Source: a virus | Taxonomy: Duplodnaviria; Caudoviricetes | IMG/VR virus record: IMGVR_UViG_3300029171_000165 | Span: 1-35,449 of that record | Strand: one strand, 5' to 3' | DNA: 35,449 nt | Shown here: positions 1 to 9,051 of the stretch, in pieces | Layout: the number at the start of each line of letters is the position of its first letter | How positions within the stretch are numbered: position 1 is the first letter of the stretch | Program-made: the position numbers and the translations under genes | Notes under the pieces: model-generated | Told to the model about the DNA's origin: nothing | Database searches by the model: none | Seen by the model: only the letters and a program-made list of their open reading frames with translations

Positions 1-887
1 GGGCCAATCTCGGGGCCAATCTCGGGGCCAATCTCAGGGCCAATCTCTGGGCCAATCTCAGGGACAATCTCTGGGCCAATCTCGGGGCCAATCTCAGGGC
101 CAATCTCAGGGACAATCTCTGGGCCAATCTCGGGGCCAATCTCAGGGACAATCTCGGGGACAATCTCTGGGCCAATCTCGGGGACAATCTCTGGGCCAAT
201 CTCTGGGCCAATCTCGCAAAAGAAAAGATATGGAATCCTAATTTCCTATGGGGGTCGCAAGACCTTTACTCGATAGCCTACTATCGGTTTGCCCAAAAAA
301 TAGGATGCGTGTTTGCAGAAAACGATGCCAAGAGATTGGACGTAATGGAGGATATTTCGACGCAGTGCGAATGGTGGTGGCCGTTTGAAGGAATTGTTTT
401 TGCATCGCAGCGTCCGCTTGTTGTCCACAAGGATGACGCTGGACGATTGCACGGTGAATACAAGCCAGCCCTTGAATATGCGGATGGTTACAAGCTTTAC
501 GCATGGCATGGAACAAACTTACCGGATGATTGGGTTGAGAGCCGCTTGACAATGGACCCGTCCATTATACTGAAAACGGAGAATGTCGAATTGCGCGCCG
601 CTGGCCTGCAATGCTATGGTTTGGGGCGCATGAAAGACAAAATCGGCAGGCTAATCAGCGATAGCGGTGAACCTACAATGGGCGCGGTTTGGGATATTGA
701 AATTCCCGGCCTGCCAGAAACGGGGCGCTTTTTGTCGGCACGTTGCCCGCGCAATGAAGAGATATTCGAAGGCATACCCAAGGTTAGCCCTATCGACGGA
801 TTGCCGATAGATACGGCTTTGGCGGCGCAGGCTTGGCGGCAGGGTTTTTCGCAAGCAGAATATCAACATCCACCTACACGGACGTAA
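1..887 (+). CDS. DUF6745-like protein with N-terminal (A/D)NL(G/R/W) tetrapeptide repeats; 5' end truncated by window
   Basis: Frame 3 is open from position 3 through the repeat into ORF 309..887. Motifs WWWPFEGIV, GRLHGEYKPALEYADGYKLYAWHG and NVELR match the DUF6745 pattern as I recall it. Confidence 0.75.
   Translation, partial: ANLGANLGANLRANLWANLRDNLWANLGANLRANLRDNLWANLGANLRDNLGDNLWANLGDNLWANLWANLAKEKIWNPNFLWGSQDLYSIAYYRFAQKIGCVFAENDAKRLDVMEDISTQCEWWWPFEGIVFASQRPLVVHKDDAGRLHGEYKPALEYADGYKLYAWHGTNLPDDWVESRLTMDPSIILKTENVELRAAGLQCYGLGRMKDKIGRLISDSGEPTMGAVWDIEIPGLPETGRFLSARCPRNEEIFEGIPKVSPIDGLPIDTALAAQAWRQGFSQAEYQHPPTRT
3..215 (+). repeat. 12-bp coding tandem repeat G(C/A)CAATCTC(G/A/T)GG, 17 full units plus a partial unit
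   Basis: Read directly; units start every 12 nt from position 3; the array continues off the left edge. Confidence 0.97.
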
Positions 888-899
888 AGGAGAATTATC

Positions 900-1250
900 A
901 TGGAACGGAAAGTATTAGGCGCACAAGGCGAGATTACATTTTACAGCGTATCGGAAATGCCCGCTGGTCTGGTTGCTCACAAGGAACTGGACAAGTCTGG
1001 TCGCCCGATTATCAGTCACTCGGAAAGCGGCAATCATCACATTCTGGACGCTGCTGTATGCGTTATGGAACGCCCTGACGCGCCCGAGGGTATGCGGATA
1101 CTCTACGCGCTATTGGAAAGCCCTACGCAGCTTATTCAGGACGCACCGGACGCCCATGGCGCGCATATGCTGGCACCGGGCATTATCGAGTTTCGCATAT
1201 CGCGGGAAGTTGACCACTTTACGCGACAGATTCGCCAAGTAGCGGATTGA
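900..1250 (+). CDS. Conserved phage protein, typical DUF6745 partner (QGE...SESGNHH...H...RE motifs)
   Basis: Strong SD AAGGAG before ATG 900; His-rich motifs; directly follows the DUF6745-like gene. Confidence 0.75.
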   Translation: MERKVLGAQGEITFYSVSEMPAGLVAHKELDKSGRPIISHSESGNHHILDAAVCVMERPDAPEGMRILYALLESPTQLIQDAPDAHGAHMLAPGIIEFRISREVDHFTRQIRQVAD

Positions 1251-1618
1251 TGGACGGCGACAAATTCAAAGCGGCGCGCAAGGCAATGGGGCTAAGCGTG
1301 TCGCAGCTTGCGGACCTGCTGGACGTAAACCGCTCCACGATATTCCGCATGGAGGAACGCGGCACTACGCGGATAACTGAACTTGCCATGCAACGGCTTG
1401 CTGACAGATGGCAGGGGATGGCTACGGCACCGCGAAATGGTGAATGGATATTGGGTGCATGCTCCAGCGGCGCTGCTGACATTTTTCGGTGGAACGCAAA
1501 AAATGGCTATTATAGCTGGACGGATGGCAATGTAGACAGGTGCGAGACGCCTACGCAATATGCTGATGATTGGTTTCTTGGCTGGAAACCCCTACCAGCA
1601 TGGGAGCAAGAGCCATGA
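1247..1618 (+). CDS. XRE-type HTH domain fused to DUF551-like domain
   Basis: N-term FKAARKAMGLSVSQLADLLDVNRSTIFRME; C-term WQGMATAPRNG...WKPLP. Start may be ATG 1250 (TGATG overlap). Confidence 0.7.
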   Translation: MMDGDKFKAARKAMGLSVSQLADLLDVNRSTIFRMEERGTTRITELAMQRLADRWQGMATAPRNGEWILGACSSGAADIFRWNAKNGYYSWTDGNVDRCETPTQYADDWFLGWKPLPAWEQEP

Positions 1619-1863
1619 CCGACCTAGCAGCCAAGCTTTCCGAAATCGCCGAGCGCGCTTTCAATATGTCCATCACACCGGACGAAAAAAATGCCTTTTA
1701 CGATATTCGCGTTTTACGCCACGGCATCGCGATTGAGGCCAAGTGGGACCGCGCCATGAACTATCGCCACGTAACAGGTTGGGCGGAATTGGACGCTAAC
1801 CACAATGTCCTCGATTACGCGTTTGAGTTGGTCAAAAACATCGTGGAGCATCATAAGCCATGA
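1615..1863 (+). CDS. Hypothetical protein
   Basis: ATG 1615 in ATGA overlap with upstream stop; SD GGAG. Confidence 0.65.
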   Translation: MTDLAAKLSEIAERAFNMSITPDEKNAFYDIRVLRHGIAIEAKWDRAMNYRHVTGWAELDANHNVLDYAFELVKNIVEHHKP

Positions 1864-1910
1864 CCCAAACACCCGTAACCATAGAAGCACTTGAGCAATA
1901 GACGATAGGC

Positions 1911-1939
1911 TTGCAACGCTTGCTTAACTAGGTTACATT
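1911..1939 (+). promoter_or_regulatory. Sigma70-type promoter TTGCAA-N17-TACATT
   Basis: Intergenic, near-consensus hexamers with 17-bp spacer, upstream of the packaging genes. Confidence 0.6.
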
Positions 1940-1959
1940 GCCCCGCAAAGGAGATTGTC

Positions 1960-2097
1960 ATGAACGGAAAGATTAACTGCCTACCCGGCTCAAACGTATC
2001 CCGCGCTGCTATGTCGAAGCAATCGAAGGGCGTTCACCTGCAAAAGGCAATTGCCATGTCCCCCAACAAGCCCGCGACTGTTAAGGTCGGCAAGTGA
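1960..2097 (+). CDS. Small basic hypothetical protein, 45 aa (MNGKINCLPGS...KVGK)
   Basis: Below ORF-track cutoff; SD AAGGAG before ATG 1960; TGA 2095-2097; follows the promoter. Confidence 0.65.
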   Translation: MNGKINCLPGSNVSRAAMSKQSKGVHLQKAIAMSPNKPATVKVGK

Positions 2098-2104
2098 GTT
2101 TTTA

Positions 2105-2287
2105 ATGGGTGATGACTATCACAAAACGAACAGCGCTACGATGCCCCCGCTGGTAATCAAGAAAACCACAGATGGCGACTTCAACTGCCATTGGTCAAGC
2201 GACCCGCTTGATTTTGTGATATTGACCCGCGAACAGATTGAACATCTAATTAGCGTTGCTCAGGCTGCGCTTGAGAACAAAACATAA
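2105..2287 (+). CDS. Hypothetical protein, 60 aa
   Basis: ATG 2105 within track ORF 2051..2287; fills the gap before terS. Confidence 0.5.
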   Translation: MGDDYHKTNSATMPPLVIKKTTDGDFNCHWSSDPLDFVILTREQIEHLISVAQAALENKT

Positions 2288-2297
2288 GGGGCTTTAT

Positions 2298-2687
2298 GTG
2301 TCCTGCCTGACAAACACCAAGCATGAATTATTCGCACAAGAGATAGCTAAGGGCGCATCAAACCGCGCTGCCTATGCCGAAGCTGGCTACAAAATAACGA
2401 ATGACGAAGCAACGGACGCTTCTGCCTCCCGCCTGCTAAGCGATGCTAGGGTTCAAGCGCGTGTTGAAGAACTGAAACGCGCCGCCGCTGAAACCACCAC
2501 AACAACGATTGAAAGCCTCATTAAAGAGGGTTGGGACATCATCAAGGCATCAAAGGAAGATAAGCAACACGCAGCCGCGTCACAGACGTTAGAGCGCCTC
2601 GCTAAGATAGCAGGGCTTTGGGTTGACCGTAGCGATGTTAAGACCGATGTGACGCTTGGGGGTTTGCTTGACGCAATTGACCGCTGA
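2298..2687 (+). CDS. terS: Terminase small subunit
   Basis: KHELFAQEIAKG..AAYAEAGY..ASRLLSDARVQARVEEL..LAKIAGLW pattern; immediately upstream of terL; GTG 2298 with SD AAGGGG. Confidence 0.85.
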   Translation: MSCLTNTKHELFAQEIAKGASNRAAYAEAGYKITNDEATDASASRLLSDARVQARVEELKRAAAETTTTTIESLIKEGWDIIKASKEDKQHAAASQTLERLAKIAGLWVDRSDVKTDVTLGGLLDAIDR

Positions 2688-4242
2688 CCACATTGCCAAG
2701 CTGGCGCGCATGAAAAGCGACTTCCCGTTCTTTGCCCGTCATTGCCTGAAGGTCCGCACTAAATCAGGTGGGCTTGAACCTTTCCAGTTAAACCGGGCGC
2801 AGATGTTTTTGCATGATAAGCTGGAAGCCCAAAGAAAGCAGACGGGCCGCGTTCGCGCTGTTGTCCTAAAGGGCAGACAGATGGGCGCATCAACATATAT
2901 CGAGGGCCGATATTACTGGAGGCTATGGGGTGGCAAGGGACTTAGGGCTTTCATCCTGACACACGAACAGGCGGCTACTGATAACCTATTTAAGATGGCT
3001 AAGCGTTATCACACGAATATGCCGGGGCCTTTGCAGCATCCTACCGAAAGTGCGAACGCCAAGGAACTTGCTTTTGCAGGCCGTGAATGCTCCTACGTGG
3101 TCGCTACGGCAGGCACAAAGGAAGCCGGGCGTTCTGATACCGTGCAACTGTTTCATGGCTCTGAGGTGGCTTTCTGGCCTAATGCGGAGGGGCATACGGC
3201 AGGGCTAGAGCAGACGGTTGCTGATGAGGATGGCACAGAAAGCATATTGGAAAGCACTGCGAACGGTATAGGCAACGTATTTCAACGCAGATATGTCGCG
3301 GCGCAGCGTTCGGATAGCGATGAACAAGCTATATTCATGCCGTGGTTTTGGGATGACGGCTATCAGCGCGAATGTCCCGCTGACTTTATATTTTCAAGCA
3401 AGTGGCGCGAGTATCAGGAATTATACCGCCTGCATGATGATCAGTTATATTGGGCATGGCAGCGCAATCAGAAAATGGCAGCGGCGACAGGGCAATCGAC
3501 CGATGAACCTTGCTGGAAATTCAAACAGGAATATCCTTCCAATGCGGAGGAAGCCTTCCAGACGGCGGGCAATAGCTTTGTGCCATCGGACAAGGTAGCG
3601 AAGGCCCGTAAGGCTAAGGTTGTGCCGCAAGGCGGGTTGATACTAGGCGTTGACCCGGCGAGGGGCGGTGGCGACAAGACAGCCATCGTTGACCGCTGCG
3701 GACGTAGTGCGGGTTCGATTGTCTGCGAGACGTTGGATTATGACGACACGATGATGACTGTTGGCCGTGTGGTGCAGCTTATCAAATTACATCGGCCTGT
3801 TGCTGTGAATATCGATGTAGGCGGGTTAGGTGCTGGCATTGTCGATAGGCTTAGGGAAATGGGCTACGGCGTCAATGCGGTGAACTTTGGTTCAAGTCCT
3901 GTAGGCTTAGGACCGACAGGTGACGAACTATACGAAAACCGCCGCGCTGAAATGTGGGACGTAATGCGGGATTGGTTTGATGACCCTGCTGGCGTCCAGA
4001 TACCTGACAATGACCAGATGCACGGCGACATCTGCGCGCCAGCTTGGGGGGCGGGGCAGACGCGGCACAAGTCGAACAACGAACTGGTTATTGAGCCAAA
4101 GGACAAGATACGCGAACGGCTAGGGGCAAGCCCTGATTTAGCTGACGCCCTTGCTCTTACTTTTGCTGTGCCTATTATGGATTTTATAGAGGATGATTTT
4201 GACGATAATTTGCGTGGGCGTAATGCTCACACCGGCTATTGA
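2668..4242 (+). CDS. terL: Terminase large subunit
   Basis: Walker A-like LKGRQMGAST, Walker B-like HGSEVAFW, ESTANG, nuclease GVDPARGGGDKT and SPDLADALALTF. Start uncertain (2656/2668/2677). Confidence 0.95.
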   Translation: MTQLTADHIAKLARMKSDFPFFARHCLKVRTKSGGLEPFQLNRAQMFLHDKLEAQRKQTGRVRAVVLKGRQMGASTYIEGRYYWRLWGGKGLRAFILTHEQAATDNLFKMAKRYHTNMPGPLQHPTESANAKELAFAGRECSYVVATAGTKEAGRSDTVQLFHGSEVAFWPNAEGHTAGLEQTVADEDGTESILESTANGIGNVFQRRYVAAQRSDSDEQAIFMPWFWDDGYQRECPADFIFSSKWREYQELYRLHDDQLYWAWQRNQKMAAATGQSTDEPCWKFKQEYPSNAEEAFQTAGNSFVPSDKVAKARKAKVVPQGGLILGVDPARGGGDKTAIVDRCGRSAGSIVCETLDYDDTMMTVGRVVQLIKLHRPVAVNIDVGGLGAGIVDRLREMGYGVNAVNFGSSPVGLGPTGDELYENRRAEMWDVMRDWFDDPAGVQIPDNDQMHGDICAPAWGAGQTRHKSNNELVIEPKDKIRERLGASPDLADALALTFAVPIMDFIEDDFDDNLRGRNAHTGY

Positions 4243-4266
4243 TAACCGCCGTTAATCATGTATAAG
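4239..4266 (+). promoter_or_regulatory. Possible promoter TTGATA-N16-TATAAG
   Basis: Hexamer-like pair at the terL stop, upstream of the portal unit. Confidence 0.35.
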
Positions 4267-4300
4267 CAAGCAAACCGGGAGAACCCCATGAAAGACCTGC

Positions 4301-4480
4301 ATGCCTTTTACGCCTGAATTAAATTCTCGCATTGAAGACGTGCGGGCTAGACTGAGGGGAGGTGATACGTCAACCGAGTTGGGAGCGTTGAAAGCTAGGC
4401 TTGCCAAACGCGAAGGTCAAGGCGGCTTTACAGCCAATGTAGCTGAGTTGAAGGCCAGGATTGCGGAGATGGAAGCATAA
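4301..4480 (+). CDS. Small helical hypothetical protein, 59 aa (MPFTPELNSR...AEMEA)
   Basis: Below track cutoff; TAA overlaps portal ATG (TAATG); repeated LKARL/LKARI helices. Confidence 0.65.
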   Translation: MPFTPELNSRIEDVRARLRGGDTSTELGALKARLAKREGQGGFTANVAELKARIAEMEA

Positions 4481-6528
4481 TGGCCACTGCATTCATAGAA
4501 GAACCCGTTGAGGAAATGACAGGGCTTGCGTTGCTTGACCAGATCGCTCGCACCGATGGCAATTTGACCGACTTCATGGAAGTCCAAAAACTGACCGAAC
4601 TGGGCAGCGATGTAGTGCAGGACTATGAACGCGACTGCACATCACGCAATGACTGGAAAATGATCGTTGAGGAAGCGTTGAAGAATGCGGCGCAGGAAAG
4701 CCCGAACAAGGCTAAAAACTATCCGTTCCAGAATGCCAGCGATGTAAAATATCCCATCCTTACGATTGCGGCGACCGAGTTTAACGCACGGTCATATCCT
4801 GCCATTGTGAAGGGTGACGAAACTGTTCAGGTCAAGGTTGTCGGCAGCGACAAGGGCAGGCCGCAGATGGAACAAACGGACTTCGGGCCGGTGCCGATTC
4901 CGCAGATGCAGCTTAATCCGGAAACGAACGAAGAAGAGCCTGTCATGGATGCCGATGGCAAGCCATTGCCTGTGTGGGCTATCCCACCGGGTTCAAAGGC
5001 GGCGAGGGCGCAGCGGGTCAAGGATTACCTGAATGTCGTGCTAAATTACCGCATGACGAACTGGGAAGGAGACACCGACGCGATGCTGTATCAGCTATCG
5101 ATTGTCGGCTGTGGCTTCCGCAAGCAATGGTGGGGCAGCGACAAGGGCCAACCTGCCACCGCTTATGTTCCAGCCCTTCGGTTGGTCGCCCCTATGGATG
5201 CATCGGACATGGAAACCTTGCCGCGCATCACCGAAATCATCCCCGAACAATATCCGTATATCATCAAGCGCAAGATGCAGTCTGGCGAATATCGGACGGT
5301 TGACCTTCCGCCATTGGGTGAAGACGATCAAGCGCCGCGTGAATTGATTGAGCAGCACCGCTTTATCGATATGGACGGCGACGGCTTTGAAGAACCCTAT
5401 ATCGTGACGGTCGATATTGAGACACAGGAAGTTCTGTGCATCATCGCGGCATTCGATATACGTGGCATCAAGTTCGACGGTGAGCGCGTGGTGGATATTG
5501 AAAAGACCGCCTTCTATACGAAATACGACTTTCTGCCTCATCCTGAAGGCAAGTTTTACGGGATAGGCTTAGGCCACCTGCTGAAGCAATTGGGCGGGGT
5601 GATTGACACCACGATTAACCTTATGATTGACGCTGGCCATGCACAGGTCGCAGGCGGCGGTTTTATTTCGTCTGGCTTGCGCCTTCAGGGCAATGGCCAA
5701 ACCAACACGCTGCGCTGGCGACCGGGGGAGTTCAAGGTCGTTTCAGCGGGCGCTGGTAATCTGCGGGATGCTATTTGGGAGCGGACTGTTCCCCAACCTT
5801 CCCCGATCATGATGAGCCTGCTGGAGCTTATTTTAGGCGCTGCAAAGGACGTTGCGGCTATCAAGGACGTCACAAGCGGGGATGCTTCCAATAACGGGCA
5901 GGTGGGCACTACGCTTGCCCTTATCGAGCAAGGCTTGCAGGTGTTCACGGCGATATACAAGCGCATCTATCGGGGCCTGAAGGCAGAGTTTAAAATCCTG
6001 TTCGACAACATTGCCAAATATGGCGATGAACGCACGGCTGAAGATTATGCCAACGTGCTTGATGATATGCGGGCGCAGTTTGCTGAAGACTTCAACGAAT
6101 CCGACATGGATATACGTCCGGTAAGCGACCCGAACAGCGTAACGCGCTTGCAGAAAATGGCTAAGGCGCAATTCCTTTTGCAGACCGGCCAAGGTAACCC
6201 GATGGTTGACCAACGCGAATTGATGGTGCGGGTTTACGAAGCGGCAGACGTTGAGGACATGGACAAACTAGTCCCGCCTGCCAAGCCACAAGGGCCTGAC
6301 CCTGTGATGATGGCAGAGGTCAACAAGATTGGCAGTGAAATAGACAAGAACGCCGCGCAAACCGAGTTGTATGCGGCTCAAACCGAAGAGATTATGGCGA
6401 TGCTGCCAGAGAAAATTGCACGGCAGAAGGCCGATGTAGCAAAGATTGGCACTGATATTGGTGCGGCGCTAGGAGAAGGTATTGCCGATGGCGATGATGA
6501 CGAAAGACGACTTCCAGACATGGCATGA
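4480..6528 (+). CDS. Portal protein (podovirus type)
   Basis: 682 aa after terL; YPFQNAS..YPILTIAATEF, FYGIGLG, TTLALIEQG..FTAIYKRIY motifs; C-terminal helical barrel-like region. Confidence 0.9.
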   Translation: MATAFIEEPVEEMTGLALLDQIARTDGNLTDFMEVQKLTELGSDVVQDYERDCTSRNDWKMIVEEALKNAAQESPNKAKNYPFQNASDVKYPILTIAATEFNARSYPAIVKGDETVQVKVVGSDKGRPQMEQTDFGPVPIPQMQLNPETNEEEPVMDADGKPLPVWAIPPGSKAARAQRVKDYLNVVLNYRMTNWEGDTDAMLYQLSIVGCGFRKQWWGSDKGQPATAYVPALRLVAPMDASDMETLPRITEIIPEQYPYIIKRKMQSGEYRTVDLPPLGEDDQAPRELIEQHRFIDMDGDGFEEPYIVTVDIETQEVLCIIAAFDIRGIKFDGERVVDIEKTAFYTKYDFLPHPEGKFYGIGLGHLLKQLGGVIDTTINLMIDAGHAQVAGGGFISSGLRLQGNGQTNTLRWRPGEFKVVSAGAGNLRDAIWERTVPQPSPIMMSLLELILGAAKDVAAIKDVTSGDASNNGQVGTTLALIEQGLQVFTAIYKRIYRGLKAEFKILFDNIAKYGDERTAEDYANVLDDMRAQFAEDFNESDMDIRPVSDPNSVTRLQKMAKAQFLLQTGQGNPMVDQRELMVRVYEAADVEDMDKLVPPAKPQGPDPVMMAEVNKIGSEIDKNAAQTELYAAQTEEIMAMLPEKIARQKADVAKIGTDIGAALGEGIADGDDDERRLPDMA

Positions 6529-6736
6529 CAACCCTGTCAGCCAATGGGTATTTGCTGCGGCTGAAAAAGCTGCACTAGCACAAAGTGAAGCATGGTTAGC
6601 AGATAGTTGGGGGCGCGGTGACTGCGACCCTGCAAAGCTTACCGAACTACGCACCCGTGCCGATGCCTACCGCGCATTATTTGAAACGCCTTACGAACAG
6701 TGGGCAGAAATGCACGGAGACAATGATGCTAACTAA
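6488..6736 (+). CDS. Small hypothetical protein downstream of portal
   Basis: ORF overlaps portal end and groES start; start among ATG 6488/6494/6497. Confidence 0.65.
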   Translation: MAMMTKDDFQTWHDNPVSQWVFAAAEKAALAQSEAWLADSWGRGDCDPAKLTELRTRADAYRALFETPYEQWAEMHGDNDAN

Positions 6737-7085
6737 ACCCAAAATTCCCCCGCTCGATGCGTTCAAGCCCGGTATCAAACCCACCGGCTTCAATATCCTT
6801 GTCGGCCTTCCGTTCAAGGAAGTAACCACGGCGGGCGGTATCATCATCCCCGACAATGTAAGCGACCGCGACCGGTTGAGCGAAGTGCGGGGCCGCATCC
6901 TTGCGATGTCGCCAGCCTGCTTTGATTTTGCCGACTTCCCCGAAAGCGACAAGCCCAAGGTGGGCGATGCAGTGGTGTTTGCGAAATATGCCGGTGTCGT
7001 GACCGAAGGCGAAGACGGCAGCGAATGCAGATTAATTTTAGACAAAGATGTGTGCGCCGTCATACAGGAGGACGACAATGACTGA
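6726..7085 (+). CDS. groES: GroES/Cpn10-like co-chaperonin
   Basis: IKPTGFNILV..EVTTAGGIIIPD..KVGDAVVFAKYAG..RLILDKDVCAVI; SD GGAG before ATG 6723/6726. Confidence 0.9.
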   Translation: MLTKPKIPPLDAFKPGIKPTGFNILVGLPFKEVTTAGGIIIPDNVSDRDRLSEVRGRILAMSPACFDFADFPESDKPKVGDAVVFAKYAGVVTEGEDGSECRLILDKDVCAVIQEDDND

Positions 7086-7599
7086 CTGGTGGACCGTAGA
7101 GGAAGCGCCCGGTTATGAAATATCGGACAACGGCGACATTCGGAGATACGGCAAAATTTTAAAGCCCGCGCCGAATACGCAGGGATATTTGCACGTCACG
7201 CTTTGCCATAAGGGAAGCAGAAAGACGCGGACTATTCATTCAATAGTTTGCAAGGCTTTCCACGGCCCAAGGCCCACTCCTTCACACGATGCTGCGCATT
7301 GGGACGGCGATAAGACAAATAACCGCGCGAACAATCTCCGATGGGCCACAAAAGCCGAAAATCAAGCGGACCGCATAAGACACGGGACCGTCCTGACGGG
7401 TGATAAGCATCCTTCTCGCTTAAAGCCTGAGTGCTTGCGGAGAGGCGAAAGACATCCCATGCGTAAGCTAAGTGCTGCGGATGTTATTGCTATACGGACG
7501 CTGCCCATAAAGCAGGTTGAAGCTGCAAAGATGTTCAAAATAGCACAATCCAATGTCAGCGACATCAGGCGCGGCATTATATGGAGGGAAGTAGCATGA
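7078..7599 (+). CDS. NUMOD4-like + HNH homing endonuclease with C-terminal HTH
   Basis: PGYEISDNGDIR, IHSIVCKAFHG, AAHWDGDKTNNRANNLRWATKAEN, KLSAADVIAIR. Confidence 0.9.
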   Translation: MTDWWTVEEAPGYEISDNGDIRRYGKILKPAPNTQGYLHVTLCHKGSRKTRTIHSIVCKAFHGPRPTPSHDAAHWDGDKTNNRANNLRWATKAENQADRIRHGTVLTGDKHPSRLKPECLRRGERHPMRKLSAADVIAIRTLPIKQVEAAKMFKIAQSNVSDIRRGIIWREVA

Positions 7600-8396
7600 A
7601 CCCTGAAGTAAACACAGCCGAAGATGCGGCAGTAGATGTCGCAATCATCGACGCGCAACAGCATGATGCCGATGTCAAAGCCTATGTGCCAACCCCGTTC
7701 GACGATCTGGCCAAGGAAATGGGCTGGTTCCCCCCCGATGAATATAACGGCGATGCTGACAAGTGGCGCAGCGCAGAAGATTATATCAAGCACGGGGTGC
7801 AATCCACAAAGTCGCTAAAACGCGATTTGAAGGCTGTCAAGGACACTGCCGACCGTCTGGCGCGCACAAGTGCCACACTGACAGCCAAAGCGCTTGAAGA
7901 CCAACGGGCTGAACTTGAAGCCCGTCATGACCAAGCTGTTGAGGATGGCGACAAGGAAGCCGCCCGCGCAGCTGCAAAAGACTTGGCGCGGCTGGACGAT
8001 GCACCTGACTTGGGCGATGTCAAAACGATGGTGAAGGAATTTACCGAACGCAACGACTGGTATACCACACACGAAAAGGCGACGGACCTTGCTGCTATGG
8101 TATCAAAGAAACTTGCCAACCAAGGCAAGGACGTATCGGAACAGCTTGAAGCCGCAGAAGAAGCCGTGCGCGAACGATTCCCCGAACTGTTCGAAAAGCC
8201 CAAGAAAGCCCCCGCCGTGCATGGCAACCAGTCGCGTGTTGCGGTCCCTGCCAGCAGGGAAAAAGGCGTCGCCGATCTGCCAGCAGAAGCCCGCCGCGCG
8301 GGGGAAGATTACGTCAAGATGATTAATGCTAGGATGCCAAATGCGAAATATACGCTAAAGGATTTTTCCAAAACTTATTGGGAAGAAAATTCATGA
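7596..8396 (+). CDS. Probable scaffolding protein
   Basis: Acidic coiled-coil-rich 266 aa between portal/groES and capsid genes; ATGA overlap; SD GGAGG. Confidence 0.65.
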   Translation: MNPEVNTAEDAAVDVAIIDAQQHDADVKAYVPTPFDDLAKEMGWFPPDEYNGDADKWRSAEDYIKHGVQSTKSLKRDLKAVKDTADRLARTSATLTAKALEDQRAELEARHDQAVEDGDKEAARAAAKDLARLDDAPDLGDVKTMVKEFTERNDWYTTHEKATDLAAMVSKKLANQGKDVSEQLEAAEEAVRERFPELFEKPKKAPAVHGNQSRVAVPASREKGVADLPAEARRAGEDYVKMINARMPNAKYTLKDFSKTYWEENS

Positions 8397-9043
8397 GGGC
8401 CGGCATAGGAACACGCATTGGTCGCCTAAAGGTCATCGCTATGGCCCCCGCGCGCGGCAAAAACCATTATCGCGTCTGTGAGTGCGCTTGTGGGACCGTG
8501 AAGGAATATGCGGTGTCTAACCTGTTCCAGCGGACAGTAAGTTGCGGTTGCCACAACAAGGAAAACCAATCCAAGCGTTGTACGACGCACGGCATGACAG
8601 GCAGGCCGGAATATGTTGCATGGCAAAACGCCAAGAACAGATGTTACAAGTCGAACCACCCCGAATACAAAAACTACGGCGCTCGCGGAATCGGCATGTG
8701 CGTTGAGTGGCGCAATGATTTTAGCAAGTTTTATGAAGATATGGGGCCGCGCCCAAAGGGCCTGAGTTTGGAGCGCGAAGATGTAAACGGGGATTATTGC
8801 CCCGAAAATTGTGTTTGGGCAGATTGGAAAACTCAAGCCAACAATACACGTCTCTCTCCAAAAAACAGGATGGTTTCTATAAATGGAACAGTTGTTAGCT
8901 TTTCGGACGCCATGAACGCAAACAACATAGCTTGGTCGCAGGTCCAGCAGAGAATCCAGAATGGTTGGTCGCCAGAAGACGCGCTGACCAAGCCCATTCG
9001 GCACATTAAAAAACGATCCACCCACCGTGCCGAGAACGGCTAA
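8393..9043 (+). CDS. HNH-type (His-Me finger) endonuclease
   Basis: GTRIGRLKV, CECACG, SCGC, YGARGIGMC, LEREDVNGDYCPENCVWA..QANNTR; ATGA overlap with scaffold stop. Confidence 0.85.
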   Translation: MRAGIGTRIGRLKVIAMAPARGKNHYRVCECACGTVKEYAVSNLFQRTVSCGCHNKENQSKRCTTHGMTGRPEYVAWQNAKNRCYKSNHPEYKNYGARGIGMCVEWRNDFSKFYEDMGPRPKGLSLEREDVNGDYCPENCVWADWKTQANNTRLSPKNRMVSINGTVVSFSDAMNANNIAWSQVQQRIQNGWSPEDALTKPIRHIKKRSTHRAENG

Positions 9044-9051
9044 ATTTAACC

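Noticed and set aside
1-215. CRISPR array or iterons
   Set aside because: Units are contiguous 12-mers without spacers and read in frame into a protein; no cas genes.
1-215. Diversity-generating retroelement variable region
   Set aside because: No reverse transcriptase or template repeat in the window; the variation is between tandem units.
8426-9025. 199-aa antisense ORF over the HNH
   Set aside because: Codon-aligned shadow frame with no motif, SD or coupling.
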